DNA of 61,014 nt, the filler included, from Sphacelaria rigidula (taxonomy: Eukaryota): NCBI GenBank assembly GCA_964200075.2. It is 6 parts of 6 records of this genome, joined end to end, with 100 filler letters (N's around TTAATTAATTAA, not from the genome) between each part and the next. Parts side by side here need not be neighbours in the genome. Positions count along the whole stretch, not along the records: positions 20,373 to 30,458 come from CAXNAA020007177.1; positions 30,559 to 40,644 come from CAXNAA020007178.1; 4 more parts are not named here. The stretch is one strand, 5' to 3'. Of this stretch, positions 23,479 through 34,100 are shown piece by piece. The notes below the pieces were generated by a model. It was not told where the DNA came from. It saw only the letters and a list, made by a program, of their open reading frames with translations, and did not search any database. Every line of letters begins with the position of its first letter. The stretch's first letter is position 1. A program made the position numbers and the translations under genes.

Positions 23479-25383
23479 CTATTCAACAGACTCCGGGTCA
23501 AACTCATCAACATCGTTCGTTGGCACGGCACTTGTGCTCATCTGGGCAGGGTAGCCTTCCCCATCTTTGACCATGGCGGAGACGAAAACAGAATGCAATG
23601 AGTTCGGCGACAAAATCCCGGCTGTGGCCGCAAGAGGATAATGGTACCAAACACCTGTAACGTATTCTTCAGTTAAAGAAAAAAAAAATGCTCCATAATA
23701 CGTGAGAACACGACAAAAAACACGCCTTCCTAGACAATCGAGGTACCAAGATAGGCTAGCAAACGCGGCGTCATGAAAAGCAAACATCAACAAAAACGCA
23801 TCATCAAAAGTGACTACACGAGACACTCACCCCTGCTAGGCACTGGCTGCAGGTATCTGTGGGCCAGGAGCCCATCGGCTCCTGGTATCGGCGGTCGCGC
23901 CGGGGGGTCCCTGGTCAAGCACCCCCTCAGTGTTTCCACCAAGCTTTCATCTCCCTGAGAATCCATTACGGGCAACATGGTGGAAGGGTGAGAGAGCATG
24001 CTCGTGCCGCCTCTAACGCGACCCAAGCTCGCACTACAGGGCAACAGTACGCCTCAATATCGACGGAGCGAAGGGTGACAACGCCTTCATACGCAGCACG
24101 GTGTGAACGAATCAAAACGGTTGGCAAAAGTTGGCAACAAAACAAACAAGACAAAAAGAAACGAAACTAAGCAATGACGTGTACTGTGGCGTATGATGAC
24201 GTACATGGGAAAACATAGTAACAGCGACCTTCGAAACGCACTCAGTTTGAGTAGAGCACCAAGAAAAATACTTCGTGCATCAGACAGGCTGACGGGAGAA
24301 CCGTCGGGAAAAAATGAAGCCTCTAGTCTTCTTTGCTGCGCACTCGATCTCGAGTTCGCTTTCGCTTTATCGTCTACACACAATATCTTGCATTTCCTCG
24401 TCTTTCGTCATACTCCGAACTTCTTCCCTCCATCGAAGCGATTAGGCGTTCTCGAGCAATTGACGAATCTCTCCTCCGTAACCTCTCAAGTGTTGCGCCA
24501 AGATCAGCGTCACGTTTTTTACCACCCCTCCATAAAACAGTACACGTGAGGGTCAGCAGACTTGATAAGGGCTGGGACCACAAGCACGTTGCCCTTCGAC
24601 TAAGGTCCACACTCATGGGTACATACATCCTCAAAGAACTCCGGCTCAACTCTGCCCACCCCAGCGCATAAAACTGACGATCGGTACTTCTCGACAGCTA
24701 GCAAAAAAAGGCATTAACGTTGTACAAACGCGACGGTCATTTTCCATTCTTGGATCCAAAACGCGATCGCACAAATTCCCATTGTACTGCGTAACACATG
24801 CAATCACTTCACACACGAGTAAAGCACGCGAGCAACTGTCGTTCGAGGTCAAGGTTATGCTTCCAGCCCCAGATGATCAAACGATCGTTGCTGCTCGTGG
24901 TTTTGTAGCTTTTCCGGCTGAACAGTTTTGCGGGAACGGCGTGTCGCACCGAAATTTGAAGCATCGAGCGGCGTGTCGCGCCGAAATATGATACATTGAT
25001 TGGTGCGTGTGTGTCTCAGCCGTGCCTATCACGATAAGTTGTCTTCGCTACACATATCATCGAACATTGGACCATGACTATGAGCACCTCCGCAGCCCAT
25101 CGACATTCATCGATCACTTTTTCTAACCATCGTGTGCACGCTTCCCCAGGCCAAAACCAGCGAGAAAAAAAATATGTCATATGTACTTGAACCTACCATT
25201 CTTGTCACATTGCGGTCAAATTCCGGTCATACTGGCCGACGATACGTCACTCTGATTGACCATGGGGGCGCGGCGGCAAACGATCAAAAATGGCAGATCT
25301 TCGGAAGCGTTCATGTGCCACAAAAAAAATATATACCATGCAACGTACATTTTTTTTCTGTTGCAACTTCAACGTTATCATCA

Positions 25384-25457
<74 letters not shown>

Positions 25458-28400
25458 TGTTATTGTTTGTTATTATCATTTATCATTTTTATCATTGTTA
25501 TTATTATTACCACTATTTTTATTACTATTATTATCATTCTCATTTTCACCATGATATTATTATTATTACTATTATTATTACCATCATATTACTATCACCA
25601 TCATATTACTATTACTACTATTATGATTATCATTACATTCTCATTGTTGTTATTATTACGACCACTATTACTACTATTATTACTATTATTACTATTATTA
25701 CTATTATTACTATTATTACTATTATTAATATCATTACTATCATTACTATCATTACTATTGTTATGTTCGTCACATTCGCTCGATCTCTCGAACCCGGGGT
25801 CAACTATTTACCATATATTGTCCAAGGTATGAAAATCTCACACTTTCGGGTATACCCTACAGGACACGATCTTCGCAATCCTCGCGCCTTTCTTACACAT
25901 TTCCCCCCGAAGGTCCGTTGGAAAAACCGATCTTCGGATAAAGCGGCAACGGCCGCATTTTAGCCCTGCGACCATGAGAAGCTCACGATATTTACTCTCC
26001 AGCACTCAAATAGAGAACACCAACTCACACAATGGAACATGACTGCATGCAAAATACACGAACTGCTTCGCGCCGGAAGAGAGTAGATAACCTCATCTTT
26101 GGTGCGAGAGTCGTTGACCTTTGTTGTAATTTGAATATTGGCTACTGTGGGTGCTGTGCAAGTATTCTAGATGTTGAACTTGGGTTCGAGGATCTAGTGT
26201 GTAGCACACACAGGCTAATAGACCTGAAGTAAATATCTCGTTGGGGATCAGCGAGTTCGCATGTCATCGGCTGCGGGGAATAACCTCTCGCGAGTGTCGT
26301 CTAGGGGACCGGGGACTACGAAACGCCAGGAACCCTAGGAACAGGCTCTCTAGAGCGGCGCTCTCTACTTTTGCTCACCAGGTCGGGAAATTCGATCACG
26401 AACTCCGGGCTGGTGATCGCTTGGTACTTGAGCACCATCGGTCGCACGTGAGAAAACGGCGCTTGTCCTGAGAGAAAAAATGCGTATTGCAAGCATCGAG
26501 AGGCAAAAGAAGGTCACGCAGGCGTCCAAGGGACCAGGGCACGGTCCGCAGGCTACAGCGTCCTGTGCGTCTATCGGAATATCTCATCGAGATGAAAAAT
26601 ACGTCTTCGACATGCAGAGTATGACTTAGACGTACGGAACGTCTTCGAGATAGGAAAGAACTCGTGGACATACGAAATATGTTTTGAATATTCGAAATAT
26701 TTTGTCGAGTACGGAGTAACCGCCCAGATACAAAATATTTTGTCGAGATATGGAATACCTCGTCGATACACGGAGTATCTCATCCTGATACAGGACGGCA
26801 CATATCGTCGGGAAGCAGAATATCTCACCGATACACGAAATATCTCGCCGACACACGAAATATCAAGTTGAGATACGAAACATTTGATCGAGATATAGAG
26901 GATCGCGTCGAAACACAAAGCATTTCGTCAAGATACACAATATCGCTTGATACTCTCGAAATACGAAAAATTTGGTCGAGATACGGAATATAACCTCGGA
27001 CCAACAAAAACAAACTCGTCGAGATATGGAACATTCCGTCACGATACAAAACATCTCGTTGTGATACAACATATCTTGTCGAAACGCGAAATGTGTCGTC
27101 GAGATATGGAGCAGCACCTCGTCCACACACACGAAAAATCTTATCCGTGTGCGAAACATGTCCAGACGCGAAATTTCTCGTCGAGATGTACGTACACGTT
27201 CCCTGTTGCAACAACAACTACGAAACTCCCAAATTGGCGTCGAACTGCCCCACATACTCACCATACGCCATCTGGTACAAAATACAACCGAGGCTCCAGA
27301 CATCGCTACTCCGACCGAGCTTCATGACCGCTTTCTTTTTTCCCGTGGCGGGATCGATAGCTCCACTTCCCATATCCTGAAAGGCCTCCGGCGCCATATA
27401 ATTCAAGGTGCCCGTCTACGCAGAACAGCAACGAAGAACGAAAAAACGAGAGGAGAATGAAACGTCAGGCTGCTGCAGGTACCGTAAGAGTGCTTTCAGG
27501 CATGCGTTGGACCAACGTGGCGAAACACACACGTCATGAGCAGAGACGACCGGGTACTGCCGGCAGCGTTGGGTGAAATTTCCGCTGTGCTGTGTAGCGT
27601 ATTCCGGCTAGAAATGGGAATATATTTGCAGAAGTATTACATCGGCAAATATCCTTCGGAACCATACCGGAGTGTTCGGAAACAGGACCCGATACCCTGC
27701 CGAGCCACACCAAAATATTTCGTGCACAACCCGGTATGGCTTGGTATGCCAACCAGAACGTTTCCCACTTCCGGGTATACCCTATCTAAATAGAACATAA
27801 TCTTTGAAATTTCATCAGTCAGAACTCAGAACAGATCCTCTTGAATTGACGCGGGGAATGTAGCTCGAACCAAACGCAACAGGCTCGAGTAACAATGTTT
27901 ACATTCAAGGAGAAAAAAACGCAAGACCTGGATACTGATACGCATCGACAGTTACTGTCCGAGGCGAGCCAATTTCTCAGTAACCCCGGATGGATATACA
28001 CCGCGGTAACTGAGTAGTACAGTGTTATTTTAGTATCCTTCTTCTCGAACTACAGAGAGCGGATCATGGCGCCTGGAAACGATGTGCCCCATTATCTGGA
28101 AGAACGCCGAATGACCTTCGCGTTCGACAGTGCGCGCAGCTGGTCTTTGGGGTGGCAAAGAGAAACGAAAACAAACACAATGCCTTAACAACAACAACAA
28201 CAATAACAACAACAACAATCAAGAGATGTGCGCGCAATCTCTTCTAACGACTCAAGACTTGAACGGTGTTCTCCAGACAAGAAACGCAAGAGTATATGCT
28301 GCAATCCTCTCAGATGATAAGTTTCGAGCAAGTCATTCCGAGGTGGCATCTTTGGCCTAGCTATCTCCGCACACACAAAACGTCGCCGACGGCTAGGGAA

Positions 28401-29149
28401 AAAAAAAAGAAGTTTTTCTTCACCCTAGAGCGATTGTTTTGTCATATTAAAAAAAAACAGTCATTTCGTTCGGAAGCACCCTTAAACCACCTCCAGGTCA
28501 CACACACTGTGTGCACCAGAGGAGAAAACGAGCAAAGTGTACCGACGCTCTCCTAGACCCTTGAGCAATCATTCCGGGGTAGCGGGGTCTACCAATTCCT
28601 CTTCGCTTCTCGTGCGACAAATGTCTAGCCAAGTAAGCGCTTCAAGGGCATTTTATTTTTGATGTATCGTAAGAAACCGTGTCGTGTGATGGGAACACTC
28701 AGTCGACATCCGTCGGTCTCCGCACGAAGGATTCGGGGCGTACAGGACATCACTCCCTGGCGGTCAAGAGGATCTTGATCGTATAACACGGGGGTGTTAT
28801 CTGAAGTATATTCATCGTCATTCAGGAACTAGATGTGTTATTGAAGCAAGGTAATGCGGAGACTCAACACAGCAAATGTCTGCAGTCTTAACGGGCCAAT
28901 CAACGCCTCTCCTTCCCCGTATCTGCCCGCCTTGCACTTCAACATCGAGCACTGTTGTTATTTCGGGCCGTACGTATGTTGTGTGTATTATCTTTCTTCC
29001 TCTGGCATGCTTATAGAACCCCGCGCTCCGGGGCGCCGTGCTTTCATGTTCTTGGGCCCATCATTTATTTCTTGCTTGTATTTTTGTATTTTTGTGCCAT
29101 GCCTTTGTGACTACGGGCACTAGATCTCTGGAAAGGGGCTGATGTGGTC

Positions 29150-29205
<56 letters not shown>

Positions 29206-29343
29206 CGACAACAACGACAACAACAACAACAACGACAACAACGACAACAACGACAACAACGACAACAACGACAACAACGACAACAACGACAACAACGACA
29301 ACAACGACAACAACGACAACAACGACAACAACGGCAACAACAG

Positions 29344-29395
<52 letters not shown>

Positions 29396-29873
29396 AGTAC
29401 TACTATTACCACCACGACCACGACGACCACTATTTACTATATCCGCACTGCCTACTGCCGCCCGCTGGCGCCCATCGAATCATTCCACCGAACCTCGCCG
29501 TCATGTTTTCGGACGGCATAACCCAGAAAATGGGAGGGAGTGGGTAGGGGGGCATACTCATTTGTTGCTCGCCTTAGTCGTTTGACCATTGACCACGGAT
29601 CCCTTTCGAGACTGAGTAACGTTTCTACTCTTAATAGTGAGGGGGGGGTGGCAAACTCCATCTTCGGGATTCGAGCCGCGGAATTAGTATCCAGAATCCA
29701 CTCGACCAGTCGGTGTGCGGCCCCACTACAAATATTGATCCTTCTCTTACCTGGGATTCAGTATATACATTGACGGTATCGTCCATGATGGCCTTCGCGA
29801 TGCCAAAGTCTATGAGTTTTAACCTGCCTTGCACCAGTACAAAGTTGGCCGGTTTGAGGTCCCCATGGAGAAC
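23479..29873 (-). CDS. MPS1: Mps1/TTK-family dual-specificity kinase, C-terminal half, 5'-partial. Exons 29873-29751, 27415-27262, 26467-26379, 23954-23831, with a tentative last exon 23621-23479.
   Basis: Spliced reading: [53 protein letters not shown]...[27 protein letters not shown]...[39 protein letters not shown]. The [23 protein letters not shown] and [11 protein letters not shown] motifs are Mps1-typical. Phases are consistent. Confidence 0.9.
25375..25765. repeat. Compound (TTA)/(ATT)/(ACT) microsatellite
   Basis: Seen directly in the sequence. Confidence 0.95.
26535..27205. repeat. Degenerate array of ~20-bp units (consensus ~TATCTCGTCGAGATACGAAA) inside an Mps1 intron, with possible CAGGG termini
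   Basis: A 20-bp periodicity is visible, e.g. 26821-26940. The unit contains the palindrome TATCTCG-N-CGAGATA. Flanked by CAGGGCACG and CGTTCCCTG. Confidence 0.75.
28700..29340 (+). mobile_element. LINE-like 3' end with a long (AAC)/(AACGAC)n tail
   Basis: The 3' segment GCCATG--TTTGTGAC-ACGGGC-CTAGAT-TCTGGAAA-GGGCT is shared with ~6998-7065, and both copies are followed by AAC repeats. The 5' boundary is approximate. Confidence 0.6.
29344..29722 (-). mobile_element. tRNA-derived SINE with a (TAG)n tail
   Basis: Minus-strand head contains TGGTCGAGTGG (A-box) and GGCTCGAATCCC (B-box). The body ends in the (CTA)n run on the plus strand. Confidence 0.65.
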
Positions 29874-30097
29874 CTGTCAGCAGGTATCCAGCAGTGAACG
29901 CATGAACCGGGGGAGGGGGGGAGGGGAAGGATATGAACTCACGATACACGGGAAATATACAATATACCAAACTTGTACGGGGGACATGAAATGAGAAAAA
30001 AAGGTACAACGGTATGAGTCGTAAATGCATGGAATGGAGAACATCTCCGCTGCTGGTCTCGCATGCATACTTTTGAGCCTTTTGATCGTTAGGGTGG

Positions 30098-30295
30098 GTC
30101 ATCTGTAGAATCGGAATAATTTTCGCGTCGGTTCAGTCATATGTGGAATCAGGATAATTTTCACGATAGATCATCTATGAAATCGGAAGTATTTATACCA
30201 CAGGTCACATGTGGAATCGAAATATTATTTTTTTTACGACAGGTCATCTGTGAAATCGGAATAGTTTTTCAAGACAGGTCACCTGTGGAGGTTGA
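30098..30295. repeat. Minisatellite, ~6 copies of a ~35-bp unit
   Basis: GGTCATCTGTGGAATCGGAA-like units at ~30098, 30136, 30169, 30203, 30242 and 30277. Confidence 0.8.
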
Positions 30296-30458
30296 ACAGG
30301 TTTTCACGGGAGGTTACACTCCTGTGCTTTGCTTGTGTCGACTTTTTTTTTATCACCTTTCTTTTTTTTTGTTACGACTTAGTCTGTTATGTCGTTCTGT
30401 TCGACCCCCTCCCCCACACCCCCACCCCCCCCCCCCCTCCTTCTTTTTTCTTCCTTCT

Positions 30459-30558
30459 NNNNNNNNNNNNNNNNNNNNNNNNNNNNNNNNNNNNNNNNNN
30501 NNTTAATTAATTAANNNNNNNNNNNNNNNNNNNNNNNNNNNNNNNNNNNNNNNNNNNN
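30459..30558. other. Artificial scaffold linker
   Basis: N44-TTAATTAATTAA-N44. Confidence 0.98.
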
Positions 30559-30889
30559 ACTCAACCATCAGAAGGTTACGAGGTTACCAACTGAGCCACC
30601 GTATGGATGCGTGTACGAAAACGCCGCGCGTACTGTGAAGCGCCGCGACGAACTACAGATACTCCAGTTTAAGCCATTTCACCGAGCAGCGAGAACTATA
30701 GCAGTGGTATGCACTTTTTGTGGGTAGTCTAGAAACATCGCCAGCAGAATCTGATTGGCTGATACGAGATCACAAGGGAGGACAGCTGCGTGCCACTCTT
30801 CCCTCTGAGGGTAGTTCGATGCTGAGCGGCATATATGCAGTGATTTTCCAACCGCTGAGCACGTGTATATGTGTGTACTCCTCCTTCAA

Positions 30890-31123
30890 CAAGCGAAAAA
30901 CTTGGTGATGAAGATGCTTACTCTCGCGGGTTCTGCAAAACTTGAATCATCAACCGCGCCTCTTCTGACCCTTCCTCCGGCACGTGGTTGTATGTCAACT
31001 CCTCCCCCTTCGGCAAGCGAAAAACTTGGTCACGAAGATGCCCACTCTCGTGGGTTCTGCAAGACTTGAATCAACCGCTCCTCTTCTGACCCTTCCTCCG
31101 GCACGTGATTGTATGCCCACTTC
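30890..31123. repeat. Tandem duplication (~124-bp period) of the CPOX C-terminal coding end
   Basis: 30890-31002 aligns to 31014-31123. Confidence 0.9.
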
Positions 31124-34100
31124 ACCAGGGGTGGGGCAGATACCATTATTGACTCCACCCGACCGCCGGACAGCCCGAACTTGACGCCTGACCCCAAAAA
31201 TCATTAGCACGATACATGAAGCACACAAGGGTGTTGCGGGACCGGGGTTACGGTGCACATTTATCAACTCACATTCTTATTTCAACATTTCAATCCCCAA
31301 TAGTTTCCATTGTGAAAAATGTTGAGAACACCGTCACTTGGAGCCGCACACGTGGGTACACGGTATTGTTTCGTCTTGAAAAAAATGCTCGCCTCGATCA
31401 TAAAGGAGGTTGAACTCGAGGTATCGCCCTCTTCGCATGAGCTGCCAAGACCGCTGCTGCTCCGTGAAGGGCGACCGGCCTCTGCGCTCAGCTATGGGCA
31501 GGAAGCTGGGCATGAACCCGAGCGCCACGTCACGCACGAAAGACTCAACATCCTGGCCGCGTATCGTCCGAGAGGAGGAGAGGAAGAGAGTTAAGTCAGC
31601 GGCGTTTATGCGAATAAGAAAAAACTTGCAGAGCACTCATAAATGAACATCGTACTCCACGTGGTACTGGCACGAAGATTATATCATCTTTGATCTCATA
31701 TCGCTTTCAACCCGGGCGATCCCACTTTCCCTCCCACAGCCTCCGCCGCCACTACTCGGGCCCAGATCACAGACCAATGAGTCGACCCGCGTGCTCACAT
31801 GTCCACATCATGTGAACATTTTACAACAGTCTCAAAGGAGCGGTTAGATTTGCCTCCCGCAAGAGAGGGACGCGGGGCGAAAATCCCGAGGACGTGAAGT
31901 TCTCCTGCCTTTCCCCCCCTCAACAGTCGCCACCGAAACCTCCATGATGAAGCGATGCGTTGACGGTCCGCTCTAGCTCGTTGTCCTCTTGGACTAGCCT
32001 GGTATGAGTATTACGCTCGTGTGATACCTAGAGAGATGGTAACATGACAGACGCAAGAGATGCTTCATTTTTCGTCGCTGCCTGTTCTTGGGAGGGGTTC
32101 GTCTGATATCAAAGTACGCCCAGGTCCCTTCAGCAGATGTACCACTAAACGGGGGCAGGGGGGGTGTACTCATGATATTGCATGCCGTAGTCGCAAGACC
32201 ATTCGGGGGGAGAGGAGGAGGGGGGGGGGGGGGCTTCACCATTTTGTAGGTATATCATTTTGGTCGTTGTATAAAAATATGTTCGTGTCGTCCAGTAGAA
32301 GCAGATGTACTACATTTTGTCGAGTACAAAAACTGGCCGCTGGTTAATCATGTACTGGATATGTGCCAGGCGGGGAAGAAGAATACGGATGTTTTGGCTA
32401 CAGTACGATGTTTATAATACTCCTACTGAGCGATGTGTCGGTGAGCGTTTGCACCTCCTCCTTCCTGCTCTCCGGTACTATCTACTGTACTATTCCGAAA
32501 AACATTTCAAAGTTCAACGGTACAAAACTAGTTGTGAATGATTCGTTAGGCATTTCATACAAACTTCACCATCACTTCAACCTCGCCAACTTCTTCCCCC
32601 ATGAGACCATGATCCAAGCCCTGTCTCCTTTCACTACTCTCGGACTTACCCCTCATCATCATCTATGGGTGGGGTAGGGGAGTAGAGCACTCTGTAGTCG
32701 AATCACCTTTGCCCCGTCTTCTCCATTCCCGACGTGATCCAGGTCGTCGAAGAAAATACCACCCACGCCCCTGTGCTCCTTCCTCATGGGGATGTGAAAA
32801 TAATCATCGGCCCATTTTTTGAAGCGAGGGTAAGCCTTTGATCGAGAAGGGCCATTTTTTGGATATGTATTTGTAGGAGAGGGGGGAAACGGAGAGGTAA
32901 AGGGGAAGGTGGCACCGCAGGACGATGGCTTGAGTTCAATGATGTTGGGACAAGAGAAGCGAAAGAAATTTCCAGTTGGTGCAACAAAATTGGTTTCTAC
33001 AGCGAATTATTTTCAGACGCCAAAGCATATTACATGGGGTTTAGACTGAGGTCAACCACATGAGCATTTGCTCGTTCGTTCCTCACAAAAGCATGTTGGC
33101 TTCAGTAGACACCGATTATTTTGAAACCTACAGGCCTTGCAGAGTGACGATGTCGCCGTTTTGACGCTTACAGCGCCAGAGTGAGCAATATGCTGAATTG
33201 ACATTATTTTCACGTTAAAAGTATGTTCAAGACCCAAGCGTTGCGTACAGGGTCGTCGAGAAGAAGGCACGCTGACAAGCGCCCGGGGCAATCGTCCAGC
33301 AAGATGCCCTGTTGCAAACAAGAACCATATCATATCATGATCTACCTCATACTGCGTATACTGTGTCCTAACAGTCTTCCTGTCGGTATACCATGCGCTC
33401 TTTTTCGCTCGTGTTTGCACTGATAATCGCGATCAACTTCGAGAGATAACTCATGTTGCACAAGTTCATACAACACAGTTTGTTGAGGCAACGACTTTTG
33501 AACCCACGCGGGAACAGATAGGTACGGCCAAAACGTTCAAGTAACCAAGATAAAAATAAAAACTTGCGGTACCTGCGGGTCATAGCGGTCGCAGATATCC
33601 TTGTAGAAGCGATGGAACTCAGAGATATCCCCATCGTTGAGGTAGTACGGCGTCAGGTCAGCACCTCCGCCGAACCATCCCTCTCCGGCCACCTGCATCC
33701 AAAACAGACGATAGACAGTAGCGTAGATGCGTTCTGACGGCCTGTAAGAATGAAGATAAACAGGAAAGTAGTCTCCGACTAGAGCATGACTCCCGTTCGA
33801 GCTTTCTTTTCATGTAAATTCCCCGACAATTCAATGACGAAGCGGGTTGCCGATGAACAGCGAAACGTCAAATAGATACACAGTTAGGACGAATCATCAC
33901 GACTACGAATAACCAAATCTAAGATTTCTTCGGCCTGATTGCCCGAAAGGGAGAAAAAAGTTGACCGCTGGTCCAAGGTGTATCCACGCAAGTTTTGCGC
34001 CATTCCACGTGTCTGGGCTGCGNNNNNNNNNNTGTACCTGGGTTGCAACGCTGAAAACAACGCCTAGGGATTGATTCGTACAAGTCGAATCAATTATACT

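Noticed and set aside
20373..25100. Fanzor/TnpB, transposase or reverse-transcriptase ORF
   Set aside because: I looked for RuvC, DDE and RT motifs in the ORF track and by eye and found none I can support.
25132..25963. ORFs of 140-235 aa with poly-Y, poly-I and poly-L tracts
   Set aside because: They are translations of a compound TTA/ACT microsatellite inside an Mps1 intron.
26571..27460. Overlapping 95-146-aa ORFs on both strands
   Set aside because: They are products of the 20-bp repeat array. Only 27415-27262 is a real kinase exon.
29065..29585. Poly-T, poly-N and poly-L ORFs
   Set aside because: They come from the microsatellite tails of retroposons and are not coding.
30098..30295. 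Possible CRISPR-like repeat-spacer array
   Set aside because: Units are degenerate, linkers are short and similar to each other, there are no cas genes, and the context is a eukaryotic intron.
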